The position numbers and the translations under genes are program-made. A model generated the notes under the pieces. The model was given only the letters and a program-made list of their open reading frames with translations, did not search any database and was not told the DNA's origin. A DNA stretch of 64,000 bases from Octopus vulgaris (Eukaryota), in NCBI GenBank assembly GCA_951406725.2, contig OX597839.1, positions 34,534,001 through 34,598,000 of the forward strand, in the 5' to 3' direction. How positions within the stretch are numbered: the first letter of the stretch is position 1; the number at the start of each line of letters is the position of its first letter. Shown one piece after another: positions 39,360 to 52,290 of this stretch.

Positions 39360-39659
39360 AACGTCACCCTTTTCAAGCCTAGCCAGGCTCATGGTCCCGG
39401 TTTCTATGGTGCATGTGTTCCCCCACCAGCTGGATGGGAGGCCAGTCCATCACAGCGTTACTCAAGAAACAGGAAGAGAGAGTGAGAGAAAGTTGGGGCA
39501 AAAGAGTACAACAGGGGTTGCCACCACCCCCTGCCGGAGCCTCGTAGAGATTTAGGTGTTCTCACTCAATAAACACACACAACGCCCAGTCTGGGAATCG
39601 AAACCGCAATCCTCCCACCGTGAGTCCGCTGCCCTAACCACTGGGCCATTGCGCCTCCA
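39360..39659 (-). mobile_element. SINE family C variant
   Basis: Same head as 7041; tail contains GATGGACTGGCCTCCCATCCAG. Confidence 0.8.
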
Positions 39660-39767
39660 CCTGCTATATATATGGCTATGTTGTGTGTGGACAGAATGTG
39701 TATGACTATGAGAGAAAAAGAGAAAGTGTGTGTGTGGGGAGGAGGAGGAGTTGTGGTGTGGACCTAC

Positions 39768-39970
39768 CTTAGCTCTTCCCTGGAAGTTAAATGTCAACAC
39801 ATACTCTCCCTTTCGTGTCTCACTCTGGCGCACCAGGAACACTCCGTGACCAATTGGACCTTGCTGCAATACTAACTGCGCTGCATCTCGGCGCAGCAAC
39901 ATGCCATGGAACCAGGGATAGTCCTGCAGCACCTGATCAATATGGCGTTCCCCCTCGGGGCCAGAACCAT
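39768..39970 (-). CDS. SH2B: SH2B exon, SH2 domain N-half (YPWFHG...[26 protein letters not shown])
   Basis: Closely resembles the SH2B1/APS SH2 sequence, including FLVRQS. TTTCTAG acceptor, GTAGGT donor, 203 nt, phase 1/0. Confidence 0.96.
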
Positions 39971-40204
39971 CTAGAAATAGAAAAACACATGGAAAAATAT
40001 GAGAAATGAGAAAATAAAAACAGGGAACATTCATAGGACAAGTCACGAAGTGCAATTTGTGTGTCACAACAACAACAATTTCAGATTTTGACACAATGCC
40101 AGCAATTTCGGAGGAGGGGGTGAGTTCATTACACTGACCCCAGTGTTAGACTGATAATTTACTGACCTCAAAAAGACAAACAATAAAGTCGACCTCAGCA
40201 GAAC

Positions 40205-40440
40205 TTAAAGTTTGCTGGACATTGTTGTAGAGCTGAAAAAGAGGTAATTTCTACTCTCCTCATCTGGAAGCCATCTACTCGCAATGCCAGAGGGCGCACA
40301 CTCTCCTACCCTGATGTAATCTCCAGGGATACAGGCATCCAGCAACAGGACCTCCGTAATGCCATGATGGAACGTGAAGTCTGGTGTAGCATGGTAAATT
40401 CCATTGTCTCGACCACGGTCGAACAATGATGATGATGATG
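40205..40440 (+). mobile_element. 3' end of a second, distinct RTE-like LINE family, inserted in a SINE
   Basis: Translates LKFAGHCCRAEKEVISTLLIWKPSTRNARGRTLSYPDVISRD...AMMEREVW...EQ stop, followed by (GAT)n. Confidence 0.75.
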
Positions 40441-40995
40441 AAAGATGGATGAAATGCCACTAAGCATTTCACCCGGCGTGCTAACGATTCTGCTAGCTAG
40501 CAGCCTTAATTATAATAATAATAATAATAATAATCCTTTCTACTATAGGCACAAGGCCTGAAATTTGGCAGAGGGGGTCTAGTCGAATTGTACAATGGGA
40601 TTGAACCCAAAACCCTGCAGTCAGGAAATGCACATCTTAAACTCCTTAACCACATACCATGTGGATGTTTATCCCTTTTCCCCTGCTTGACAAACGGGGT
40701 TGATTTGTTTGTCCTGGTAACTTAGCAGTTCAACAATGAAGATAAACATCTTCATCATCGTCATCATTTAACGTCTGCTTTCCATGCTGGCATGGGTTGG
40801 ATGGTTTGACTGAGACTTTTGAGTTGGAAGGCTGCACTAGACGTCGATTTCTTTGACTAAAAACCTGAGAGTGTAGTGGGTGCTTTTATGTGCCACTGGC
40901 ATGGGTGCCATTTGTGTGACACCGGGGTGTGTTTACATGCCACCAGCACAGATGGCAATTTGTGTGACGCATTCAGCAAATAACTAATTACAGAT

Positions 40996-41211
40996 TAACC
41001 TTTTCATTACCAACCTGCCTCAGGCTCTGGGTACAAATGTCCTGTTTTCATAAGTTCTGAATTAAAATCTTCCACCAAACCTTAGTCACAGTTTATGTTC
41101 CTAACACTAGTTTAATGATAACTAAGTTATTTTACTAAATTCTTTGTTATATTTAAAATAATTGAAAGAAACACAGAGCATCTCAACAGAAATACAGTAA
41201 TGAAAGGGTTA
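40996..41211. mobile_element. Second TTAA-targeting MITE family
   Basis: TTAACCTTTTCATTAC...GTAATGAAAGGGTTA. Related copies at 36154-36385 and 35978-36115. Confidence 0.62.
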
Positions 41212-41482
41212 CATTAGACGGGGATGATTTAACAACTCAATAAATCACAGTTTGATGGAAAACAATGGATACATAAACAAAAGAAACTGATGTGCATACA
41301 GTGATCCCTCGACTGTCCTGGGTGTTATGTTCTAAAACCTCCCGTGATAGGTGAAAATCCACAAAGTATTGGGTTGTCCGGAAAGTTCGTGCCGATTTTT
41401 GAAGGAAAGAAAAAAAGTCACCTTCTCCAGGCAGGTGAGATTTGAACTCAGAACATGGAGACACGGAAGATATACCCTAAAG

Positions 41483-41683
41483 CAGTGCTTTTCAAACTTT
41501 TTGCTGGAGCGGAACCCCAAGGAAACATTCCACTGGCTCGAGGAACCCCTGTGCAATAATTTAATAGTCTTATACACACATATCTGCACAGGAGAATTAA
41601 AAATTACTGCCGATTTTAGCAGTTTTGTAACTTCTTGTGGAACCCCTGGACTGTACTGGTGGAACCCTGATTGAAAACCACTG
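41483..41683. mobile_element. hAT-type MITE (201 bp) inserted in a SINE
   Basis: TIRs CAGTGCTTTTCAA / TTGAAAACCACTG; perfect 8-bp TSD CCCTAAAG. Confidence 0.88.
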
Positions 41684-42148
41684 CCCTAAAGCATCTCTGC
41701 TAATGTGCCAACTGTTCTGCCGCTCTCCTGCCTGTAGAGCAATGTGGTGTCCAGTCTGGAAATCACCCAAACCACTAGGCCACGCATCTTCACACATTTT
41801 TATACACACAACACACATACACAAAGCATTTTACATGAGTGATGATACGAGAAAGAGGTCTGTGCAGTAAATAGGGCCCAACATCACACACACAGAAGAA
41901 AAACCTTATCTCCTTCAAAGATGAAGGAGATCAGAAATCCAAAAGTGGGACTAGAGACAAGTTTAAGATAATTGAAGCTAACGAGCAAATAGTTTTGTTT
42001 CTCACATTTAGGGATTGGGTTAAAAAAGAAAGAAAAAAAAAACTCTGTTTTCATTAATTCAATAACTCATTTGATAGTCTGTAGAATTAATTAAAGTGTA
42101 GTGTTTCTTTGCTAATACATTAAATCTGTTATCTGGGAAGAGACATTC

Positions 42149-42380
42149 TTATTTCTTTACTGCCCACAAGGGGCTAAACACAGAGGGGACAAACAAGGAC
42201 AGACAAAGGTATTAAGTCGATTACATTGACCTCAGTGGGTAACTGGTACTTAGTATATCGACCCCGAAAGGATGAAAGGCAAAGTCGACCTCGGCGGAAT
42301 TTGAACTCAGAACGTAACAGCAGACGAAATACTGCTAAGCATTTCGCCTGGCGTGCTAACGTTTCTGCCAGCTCGCCGCC
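42149..42380 (-). mobile_element. SINE family B nested in a foldback element
   Basis: Full copy with a short TTCTTA duplication. Confidence 0.86.
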
Positions 42381-42562
42381 TTCTTAGTCCCTTAATATCT
42401 AACACACTCACTGGTTTGATTTCTACTTGTTTATTTTCGTTGCTTTTTGCAACGTTGTCAATGGATGTTGACTCTCTGAGAGCCAACATCTGAGAGCCAA
42501 CATCCGTTGACAAGGTTGCAAAAAGCATCAAAAATTTTGAAAGGAAAAAATAATAATAATAA

Positions 42563-43000
42563 TCATCATCATCATCGTCATTGTTTAATGTCCGCTTTCC
42601 ATGCTATCATGGGTTGGACGGTTCAACTGGGGTCTGGGAATCCAGAAGGCTGTGCCAGGACCAGTCTGATCTGGCAGTGTTTCTACAGCTGGATGCTCTT
42701 TCTAACGCCAACCACTGCGTGAGTGTAGTGGGTGCTTTTTACATGCCACTGGCACAGGTGCCAGACGGGGCTGGCAAACGGCCACGGTCGGATAGTGCTT
42801 TTTACGTGCCACTGGCACAAGGACCAGACAAAGCTGGCAACGGCCATGGTCAGATGGTGCTTTTTACGTGCCACCGGCACGGAGGCCAGTCAGGGCGGCG
42901 CTGGCTACGGCCACATTCGGATGGTTCTCTTATGTGCCACTGGCACTGGTATCACAGCTACAAATTCCATTGATGTTGATCGATTACGATTTTGATTTTT
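42563..43000 (-). mobile_element. RTE LINE 3' UTR fragment nested in a foldback element
   Basis: Reverse complement of 18900-19255. Confidence 0.85.
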
Positions 43001-43395
43001 GATAAATGAGTGGAAATCGAACCGGTGAGTGTGTTTGATATTCAGGCATTAAGACAATGTGACCCTCCCCAGACACAATACACACAAATCATATAACAAA
43101 AGAAAACCTGCAGTACCCGGAGTTTCCCAGCAGGTGTGAAGTTACCTATGCATAGATTACTATTTGGCAGGTGGGCAACTAATTATGCACAGGTACCACA
43201 CAAACGTCTCTAAATTGGAAAAATCTCACAGAAAGTGTTTGGTTTCAAACAGAAAAATGAAGACAGAAGCTGGAGAAAGATACTAACCAAGAGAAGCTTC
43301 AAATCTGGCAGATGCTCCCACATGGTCGGGGTAGGAAGGTGAAAAATGTGTCGATGGTGAACCGATGTGAGCCATGGCACTAACAGGACGCTGAC

Positions 43396-43488
43396 CTGTG
43401 TTGCCGTGGCGAGAGGGACGCAGGTCAACTGCTGCTTGACCGTGTCCACTGACAATGGTTCCGTGAACTGAATTTCGCTGTCGGAGGT
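43396..43488 (-). CDS. SH2B: SH2B linker exon (DLRQRNSVHGTIVSGHGQAAVDLRPSRHGNT)
   Basis: TTTGCAG acceptor, GTCAGC donor, 93 nt, phase 1/1, open frame, CpG-rich unique sequence. Confidence 0.75.
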
Positions 43489-45829
43489 CTGCAAATCATT
43501 GAGCACCAATGAAAGTCATTGCAATAAATAACGGATGGACTTGTTTAAGAGTTCATTCCATTAAAACGGGTCAGTAGTAACCACAGCAACAGCATTCGGT
43601 GCAAGGAGAACTAGGAAGGGTTTAGTTTGTTAGTAGTAATAAAGGTTGGTTGCATACAGGTTGGGGGTCAAGGGTCAATTACTAAGAAACCATGGCCTCC
43701 CAAACAAAAGGAATTGGAAGGCATCAAACGAGGAAAAAGTCTAGAGCCCAAAAGGATTTTGTAGACTGGATTGGCGCTAAAGGGTTTCCTGGAGATTTTG
43801 TAGAATCGCTATTTGGTTTGGAGGGTTGCAGATGAATGTTTGATGGGGGTTGTGGTAGAATTAGGGAGCTGCAAAGTCAAAAGCAATGGTTCTCAACCAT
43901 TTTAATATCCAGACCAGATCCAAAACCCGGATTTTTTTTTTCTTTTTGTTTAGGGGTCACCCCCACACCAAAAAGTAAAATATAATTTAATTCAAAGCAA
44001 AATTTATGTTTATAGAAGGAAGACCGCCAGGGGGCTGAATGCAGTTCTGGGATCTGCAGTTGAGAGCCGCTGGTCTTATAGACTCAGTGAAAGCCTTTTT
44101 CTTTATATTTGATGGGATTGAAAAATCAGATGGTGGTGGTCATGAATTGTGCGAATTGCATTAACACAGGCTGTTGTAGCATTGATAACAGAGAGATGAG
44201 AAGCAAAGGCAACCATTGAATGTTTGGGGTGTTTGTGACGAGGGAAGGGGAAATTGAGTATATGGGGAGGGGGAGAAAACACAGATTGGGGGGGAGGGAC
44301 ATGAACAGCAAATCATTTGAATGTTAGTAACCACATTGCATTAGACATGCCTTTAACAACCAAAAACAAACTAATTAGTTAATTACCCATAACAGTAAAA
44401 TCATATTCAATTAAAAACAAATTCAAATCCACTCTCAAAAAAATAAAACCAAACAAAATAATCAACAACAGTTTTAAGCATCAAATAATCCTTTTTACTC
44501 AAGGCACCGGGACTGAAACTTGGGGGAGGAGGAGACAGGTTGATTACATCAGCCCCAGTGGTTGACTGCTATTTGATTTTTATCGGCCCCCGACACACTG
44601 AAAGGCAAAATCGGCTTCAGTGGAATTTGAACTATGAATATATGTGTTCAGTCCTGGCAACCTACTGAGGAAGCAGAGCCAGATATAGACTGAGATTATT
44701 TTATTTCAATCTGTATTTAAGTCTGCAGAAACCTTGCAGGGTCTAGGATTAAGGTAAAAAAATTTATTTTTACAGCGGTGGTGCCCCAGCATGGCCACAG
44801 CCTTCGGGCTAAAACATTTTTAAGGATTTAATCACTTTCAGAATTACAACAATTGGTGGCTTGGAGTTTAACTGCTCTTTCTAGTGAGTCAGATATCCTA
44901 TTCTTTGGGTACCTCTTTTGTGTTTGAACGTACACTGTATTCTTCTATGAATATAGAAAGATGAACAAAATGCTTAGCAGCGTTTTGTCCAATGTCCCAA
45001 TGGTTCTGTCCGCTCGCTGTCCTAGTTTTAACCATTTGGCACTCAGACTATTCTGTCAAATACTGATTAATTCCCATTGTTTTGAATTAATTACGCATTG
45101 TCTCAAAGCTTTGAGATTTCGGTGATGTGATTGCTTATTTTAAGAATGACATTCTTGGACAGGCATCAGAGCCCAAATCTGGATGGTTTGGACATAGAAC
45201 AAGTAGGACATTTGGGCTGGACATGGTTGGGTTAAATGTTAAGGGGTTAAGCATCAAATATATAAAAAAGGGGATTTTATCAGGAAAGAAAACGTAAAAA
45301 GTAAATACTAGAAGGCTTGTTGCAGAAAGGCCCACCTATACCCACCATCCCAATGTCCCCAAAAACCCGAAGGGTGAAGAGAGTATATTGAATCTACCCA
45401 GGATTACCTTAGTAGATGCAATTTTACCCAGAGGTGTATTTATATCTTTTAACTTAGAGTTGTTTCACTTATTGGACTGCGGCCATGCTGGGGCACAGCC
45501 TTAAAGAGTTTAGTCAAACAAATTGACCCCTGTACTTAGTCGTTTAGCAAACAGAAGACCAATAGAACAAGTTACAGGAATGTAAACAAACCAACACCGA
45601 TTGACAGGCAATGGTGGGGCACAAACACATACATAAAGTCACATAACAGGCTTCTTTCAGTTCCGCCAACCAAATCCACTCACAAGGCTTTGGTTGGCCC
45701 AGAGATATAAGAGAAGGCACTTGCCCAAAGTACCATGCTGTGGATTGAACCTGGGACTGCATGGTTAGGGACCAAACTCATCACACATGCCTGCACACAC
45801 ACATATTCTTTTAGTCGAACAAATAGACC

Positions 45830-46143
45830 CCAGGACATTCTTTGCAAGCCTAGCACTTATTCTATCTGTCTCTTTTTGCTGAACCGCTAAGTTACAGGGA
45901 CGTAAATATACTGACATCAATTGTCAAGTGATGGGCGGGGGGTGACAAACACATCATATATATATATATATAACATGGGTTTCTCTCGGTTTCTGTCTAC
46001 TAAATCCACTCACAAGGCTTTGGTTGGCCCGAGGCTATAGTACTATAGTAGAAGGCACTTGCCCAAGGTGCCATGCAGTGGGACTGAACTCGGAACCTTG
46101 TGGTTGGGAAGCAAGCTTCTTACCACACAGCAACTCCTGCGCC
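45830..46143 (-). mobile_element. SINE family A (adjacent older copy at 45460-45790)
   Basis: Reverse-complement similarity to family A. Confidence 0.8.
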
Positions 46144-46929
46144 TGTGTGTGTGTGTTACGCATCCAGAAAATATCAATTTACAAGACTTGAGTCTAAAAG
46201 CAGATAGAAAATTTTTTAAAATTGCATTACTTTCTGACTTAAGCCTCGTACGTATTCTTAAAATGAAAGGTGGAGTTGATTCCAATAGGAATTGAACTCT
46301 GACTGTGGAGGGACCAGTTTAAATACCAGTAGACAAATTCACAGAAATATTTCTACTGCTGGAGTCTCCATCGATCGGAGTTGGCCGCAGGTCTTAACCT
46401 GTGGAGACCCAACAACAGATTAGGAGCGAGGTTTGACAGTTGTCTCCCCTGTCTGTTTAACACTGCCTGACAGATTCGTCGCATGCCTTACGTATGAATG
46501 TATGTACAAAGGTACCTTTTACGGGTTTTAATCAGAGGATTGTGGCCGTGCTTGGGAAATAGCTTTGGAGTATGGATCCAGGCTGTTATATTAAAATATT
46601 ATATGGGATATATTAAGAAGACAAATAGCTTGGACACATGCTCCAAAGTACAAACTTCAGAAATTCGTCTGTCTGAGCATCATCTATTGCTCAGCTGATA
46701 AGCTATCCACGATGGCTTTTAAGGGGGAAATGTTTCAATTTGGTTGTCACCAGTGCAGCAATGAAAGTATATATTTGGTATAAGTTGAGAGATGGAAGAA
46801 CAAGAAGTCTGTGAGAAGTTCCAAGCACAAAATATTATTACATGAATGCAGTCCACTGATAAATACCCATAAAAATATCTGTGTGTATATGTATATGTGT
46901 GTAGACATCCATTATATATACACATCGTA

Positions 46930-47160
46930 AAGGCGGCGAGCTGGCAGAAACGTTAGCGCGCCTGGCAAAATGCTTAGTGGTATTTCGTCTGTCGTTACGT
47001 TTTGAGTTCAAATTCCGCCGAGGTCGACTTTGCCTTTCATTCTTTCGGGGTCGTTAAATTAAGTACCAGTTTCGCACTGGGGTCGATGTAATCGACTTAA
47101 TCCGTGTGTCTGACCTTGTTTGTCCACTCTATGTTTAGCCCCTTGTGGGTAGTAAAGAAA
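46930..47160 (+). mobile_element. SINE family B
   Basis: TSD ATATATACAC(A/G)TCGTA. Confidence 0.88.
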
Positions 47161-47342
47161 TATATATATACACGTCGTATTGCCAACAGTTGGACTAAAA
47201 GCTCAATTATGTATCCCCAACAACATTAAAGTATTTCTACGTTGAAATCTCGACCCCACACACCACCTCCTACTTTAAACAACAATGGGTTCCGGTGGGA
47301 AAACAATACAAAAGAAGCCATTCCCAGTCGAATTAGATTTAC

Positions 47343-47420
47343 TTTTCATTTCGAAAATTGTTCTTCGTCTAATTTTCAGAGTCTCTAGAACTATTGGAGT
47401 TACTTCCCTTGCACTCGTTA
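47343..47420 (-). CDS. SH2B: Candidate frame-preserving cassette exon (VTSAREVTPIVLETLKIRRRTIFEMK)
   Basis: Strong (CT)n-GCAG acceptor, weaker GTAAAT donor, 78 nt, phase 1/1, open in the required frame. No homology recognised. Confidence 0.4.
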
Positions 47421-47655
47421 CTGCAGAGAGAGAGAGAGGTGGGGAGGGAGGGAGGATCGGGCGGGGGACTGTCGACTGATTTAAAATAATCTTTTATACT
47501 TTGTTTCCGTCTCTGACATTGAAATACAGCCATGCTGGAGCACTGCCTTAAGAGGGGCTTCCACGAAGAAATCTATCCCAGTATATATTCTATCGATCTC
47601 TTCAATGGATTGCGATCAGTAAATTTGGTGAACGGAAACGCGGCATATGTATATA

Positions 47656-48046
47656 GGCGTAGGAGTGGCTGTGTGGTAAGCAGCTTGTTTACCAACTACA
47701 TGGTTCCGGGTTCAGTCCCACTGTGTGGCACCTTGGGCAAGTGTCTTCTACTATAGCCTCGGGCCGACCAAAGCCTTGTGAGTGGATTTGGTAGACGGAA
47801 ACTGAAAGAAGACCGTCGTATATATGTATATATAAATATATATATGCGTGTGTGTGTCTGTGTTTGTCCCCCTAGCATTGCTTGACAACCGATGCTGGTG
47901 TGTTTATGTCCCCGTCACTTAGCGGTTTGGCAAAACAGACCGATAGAATAAGTACTGGGCTTACAAAGAATAAGTCCTGGGGTCGAGTTTCTCAATTAAA
48001 GGCGGTGCTCCAGCATGGCCACAGTCAAATGACTGAAACAAGTAAA
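47656..48046 (+). mobile_element. SINE family A
   Basis: Colinear with 21989-22382. Confidence 0.86.
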
Positions 48047-48936
48047 AAAAAATATATATATATATATATACTGTCCAACAAACGGGAACTTGAAACTGAG
48101 TAACAGCTTTTGTTATATTTCTGCTACTTTTAAATAGCACAGCCCGGTCCGGGAATTGAAACCACTACCTCATGATTGAGAGCCTGACGCGCTAACCACT
48201 GAGCCATGTGCCCTCACACATCTGTTAGAAAAAAGTCAAATCTCCCTCAAAGCATTCCTTGACATTTCAAAAGACAGGTTGATATGGAATATTCTCAACA
48301 AAGAACAGAAGTGAGGGTCCGGTCGGAATATCTTCGATCATGAGTGTGTAATTGTTTGTATCCCATTTCTGTTGTAAGAAGTGGGGGGGGAGTAAACTTG
48401 TGCTGGATTGAGAGAATAATTATCAAGTTAGTGGGGGGAGGGGTTGATTTGGCCTGGGACCCCCATGTGAACAGAAACTAACAAGTTTAGGAGGAACACA
48501 GGAGTCGGTTTCGCAAAAAGGTGGGGGGAAGGAGCAGAAAGGAAACTACTGTCAATGGAAGATGTTGTGCACATCTCATCTGACCATCTTGTACAAAGGT
48601 TCCTTGGTGGTGGCCACGATTCGTTGGTCTCCTTCCCCCCGCCCATAAATTCAACTCGCCGAGTTCTATGTAGGGGAGACAACTCGTATCCTATCCCTCC
48701 TCCCCCAACGCCATCTTCAGACAAAGGAATTAATTATTCACCCAGTCTTTAACCCATTAGGGGCCCAAATTTTTTTATGTAAAAAAAAAAAAATTTTAAT
48801 TACAATATTACTCCAGTCTTGTTGCCTAACTTAAAGATATCTCAGAAAAATACAGGTGCTGCAGAAATATGATGGATTATCCTTCTGGTCCTTAAAAAAA
48901 AAAAAAAAAGGACCATGGTTGCTAATGGGTTAATAT

Positions 48937-49333
48937 ACTCTTTTACTTTGTTTCAGTCATTTGACTGCGGCCATGCTGGAGCACCACCTTTAGTCGAGCA
49001 AATCGACCCTGGGACTTATTCTTTGTAAGCCCAGTACTTATTCTATCGGTCTCTTTTACCGAACCGCTAAGTGACGGGGACATAAACACACCAGCATCGG
49101 TTGTCAAGCAATGCTAGGGGGACAAACACAGACACACAAACACATACATAAATATATATATACATATATACGACGGGCTTCTTTCAGTTTCCGTCTACCA
49201 AATCCACTCCCAAGGCTTTGGTCGGCCCGAGGCTATAGCAGAAGACACTTGCCTAAGATGTCACGCAGTGGGATTGAACCCGGAGTCATGTGGTTGGTTA
49301 GCAAGCTACTTACCACACAGCCACTCCTGCGCC
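48937..49333 (-). mobile_element. SINE family A
   Basis: Full reverse-complement copy. Confidence 0.86.
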
Positions 49334-49958
49334 TATATATGTATACAAATATAATGGCTATGTGATTAATAAAACAAATAGTGAGAGAGAAATGACTGCT
49401 CTAGCGATGGATACTAGTTAAATGATTCATCTAAAAGAAGAACAAGAATGGAGAGTGGCGTTAAGAGTTGGGCTACACTCAAAGGACGTTTGTCACTTCA
49501 TGGCAGAAACGTTGGCACTTTGAAGTAACCCTGAACCATCATCTGATCAGTACAAGTTGTAGTATAGGTGGTGCTGTTGGTGACAACACAGGTGATAGTA
49601 GTGGTAGTGATGGTAACAGTACAAATCTTGGGGGTGGTAGCAGAAATAGTAGTAATGGCACTTTTGTCCTAGCTTGTTGCCATGGAGACCTTGGGGGGTG
49701 GGGGACAGACAGACAGACATTTGTGGTGGTGGTTGTAGTAGTAATAGTAGTTGGGGTTGTAGTACTGAAATGGTTACAACAAAATGCAAAAATATCCAAA
49801 CTCAAGCAAAATAAAGGTTAAAATATTAAATTGAGGGGGGGGGTGATCGCGTTCAGGAAATATGGAGGAATACAAATGCATTAAAGAATATAATAAGTAC
49901 ACACACACACACACACGTATGTTCACATATACATGCATACTCAAACATACACACGCAC

Positions 49959-49996
<38 letters not shown>

Positions 49997-49997
<1 letters not shown>

Positions 49998-50240
49998 AGC
50001 TCTATCTGTGACAATTTCATCTCAATCGAAGGAGAGGGGCTTTCTCCGTCCGGGTTGCGGATCCGTGGAATAAGCTGCCGGACGAGATGGTGAAGATGCC
50101 GACGACCGCTCGGTTCAAAGTCTCCCTTGACCTCAAGTGGCCTGAACTCTTTGCATGAACACCACCCTGTACATAACTCCATGTCCCCCTACATGGCCTT
50201 GCTTTTTGATTTCTGAGCCAAAAACTTAACTAACTAACTC
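49997..50240 (+). mobile_element. CR1-clade LINE 3' end
   Basis: Translates RRRGAFSVRVADPWNKLPDEMVKMPTTARFKVSLD (CR1 ORF2 C-terminus); (TAAC)n tail. Confidence 0.82.
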
Positions 50241-51238
50241 ACACACACACATGCACATACACACACATGGATGTACACATGTGTATTAATTTATTTATTT
50301 TTATACAAGAATATTATCGACAGGGACTTTGAAGTTTTGGCCAGTTAAGCAATCGTTGGACTGTCAAAACTGCGAAGTCACTGTCAACGATATGCTTGTT
50401 TAAGAATAAGAATGATAAATTTGTACTCAATAAAAGTATAGAGAGACCCTTTAGATTAATGTAAAATTGTTTTTTTTTTTATTATTATAATAACATAAAC
50501 ACACACACACACAAATAGTTCAATCACCCAAGATTAAAAATCTCAGAGTAAGGATCTCAAAAGCCCTCAATATCCAGTAGCATAATTATTTTTAGGGATG
50601 TCTACTCTCTCATCGTCCTTTTCAATGCATACACAACCATCCCTTACATACAGAAACAAAATACATATTCATTCGTTCCTTTCTACGTCCATTTTCCAGT
50701 GCCAGCATGGGTTAGATGAATATATTAAATGAGGCTTTGTTTTACAGCTGGATTGGATGCCCTTCCTGTCAATAACCCTTGTCTGCTTTTCGAATAAGGG
50801 GTCTCTTTAATGTTGAAAGAAGTAGCGCCAAGTGCACCACTGCCCTAAGAGAAGACAAATTAAAATAAACACTCACATGCACTCTCACGTGCATGTATAC
50901 ACATACATATGGGCTTCGCTTCAGTTTCCTCCTACCAACGCCACTCACAAGGATTTGGTCAACTCAGGGCTGTAGGAGAAAAGACTTGCCTAACATGCTA
51001 CACAGAGGGACCGAACCTGAAATCTCTTGGTTGGGAAGTGAACGGAACCACACAGCAATGCCTATAAGCACACGCACACATACACACATAAAGCATGGCC
51101 TTGTACTAAATAATTTTGCTTCACAACCACAAGGTTTCAGGTTCAATCCCACTGCATGGCACCTCGAATAAGCATCTAGTATAGGCCCAGTCAACCAAAG
51201 CCTCGTCAATGGATTTGATATATGGAAAGTGACCGATA

Positions 51239-51411
51239 GGTGCAGGAGTGGCTGTGTGGTAAGTAGCTTGCAAACCAACCACATGGTTCCGGGTTCAGTC
51301 CCACTGCGTGGCACCTTGGGCAAGTGTCTTCTGTTATAGCTCCGGGCCGACCAATGCCTTGTGAGTGAATTTGGTAGATGGAAACTGAAAGAAACCTGTC
51401 GTATATATGTG

Positions 51412-51445
<34 letters not shown>

Positions 51446-51662
51446 TAGTGTGTGTGTATATGTTTGTGTCTGTGTTTGTCCCCCTAGCATTGCTTGACAA
51501 CCGATGGTGGTGTGTTTACGTCCCCGTCACTTAGCGGTTCAGCAAAAGAGACTGATAGAATAAGTACTGGGCTTACAAAGAATAAGTCGCGGGGTCGATT
51601 TGCTCGACTGAAGGCAGTGCTCCAGCATGGCCGCAGTCAAATGACTGAAATGAGTAAAAGAG
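51239..51662 (+). mobile_element. SINE family A
   Basis: Full copy. Confidence 0.86.
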
Positions 51663-52189
51663 AGATAGAGGCTCATCGTGTGTGTGTGTGTCCTTGTCTT
51701 GACATTATGGGACTTTTGTAAATGAATGTTATTCATTTCTAACAGTCTGTAATAACATACCTGGGCAAGGTGGGAGATATTATTTTAATTGGGAAAAGGG
51801 AAAGGACAGACGAGAGGAGGGGCATCTAGGTGTAGAAAGCCTGCCTCAATAAACTGCATCCAACCCATGCACAAATGATGAGGATGCACGTTTAAATAAA
51901 CACACAAACTAAACAGAAAACAACAACAACAAACATTAGTACACACACTAAGAACCAAAACAAAAGCCATTAGATACAAACAAAATGGTTTTATACAACA
52001 AATTTCAAACCAACCCCATTTATTCCCATAAATACACCCAACATCCCTCTCCTTGTTTAGTTTCTGTTCTGAATACCAAATCACTCCTAAAATACAATAT
52101 TTATTCTATTACTAAATTGCTTCCTGTTCTTTAAGAGATGAGGAATTATTTACATTTGACGGATATTTGTCCTCATCATGTTTGTTGTT

Positions 52190-52235
52190 AACACAACGTT
52201 TCGGCTGATATACCCTCCAGCCGTCATCAGGTGTC
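52190..52235 (-). ncRNA. Minimal type I hammerhead ribozyme motif (Penelope-type)
   Basis: Minus strand reads GACAC-CTGATGA-C-GGCTG-(10 nt)-CAGCC-GAAACGTT-GTGTT: stem I, core, stem II, palindromic loopless stem III, GUU cleavage triplet. Confidence 0.7.
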
Positions 52236-52290
52236 TTGGGGAAATTTCGAACCTGGGTTCTCATTCCTAAGGTATTTTTCAATGTTATTA

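Noticed and set aside
41297-41400. pogo-like and mariner-like TIR starts
   Set aside because: Only single ends are visible, with no partner TIR or transposase.
46330-46339. AATTTGTCTA resembling the U7 snRNA Sm site (minus strand)
   Set aside because: No 3' hairpin and no convincing region complementary to the histone downstream element.
48428-48752. 98-aa ORF in unique intronic sequence
   Set aside because: No convincing splice sites in compatible phase and no recognisable domain.
49468-49821. Overlapping ORFs near 49.5-49.8 kb
   Set aside because: Degenerate GGT/AGT low-complexity sequence with no splice support.
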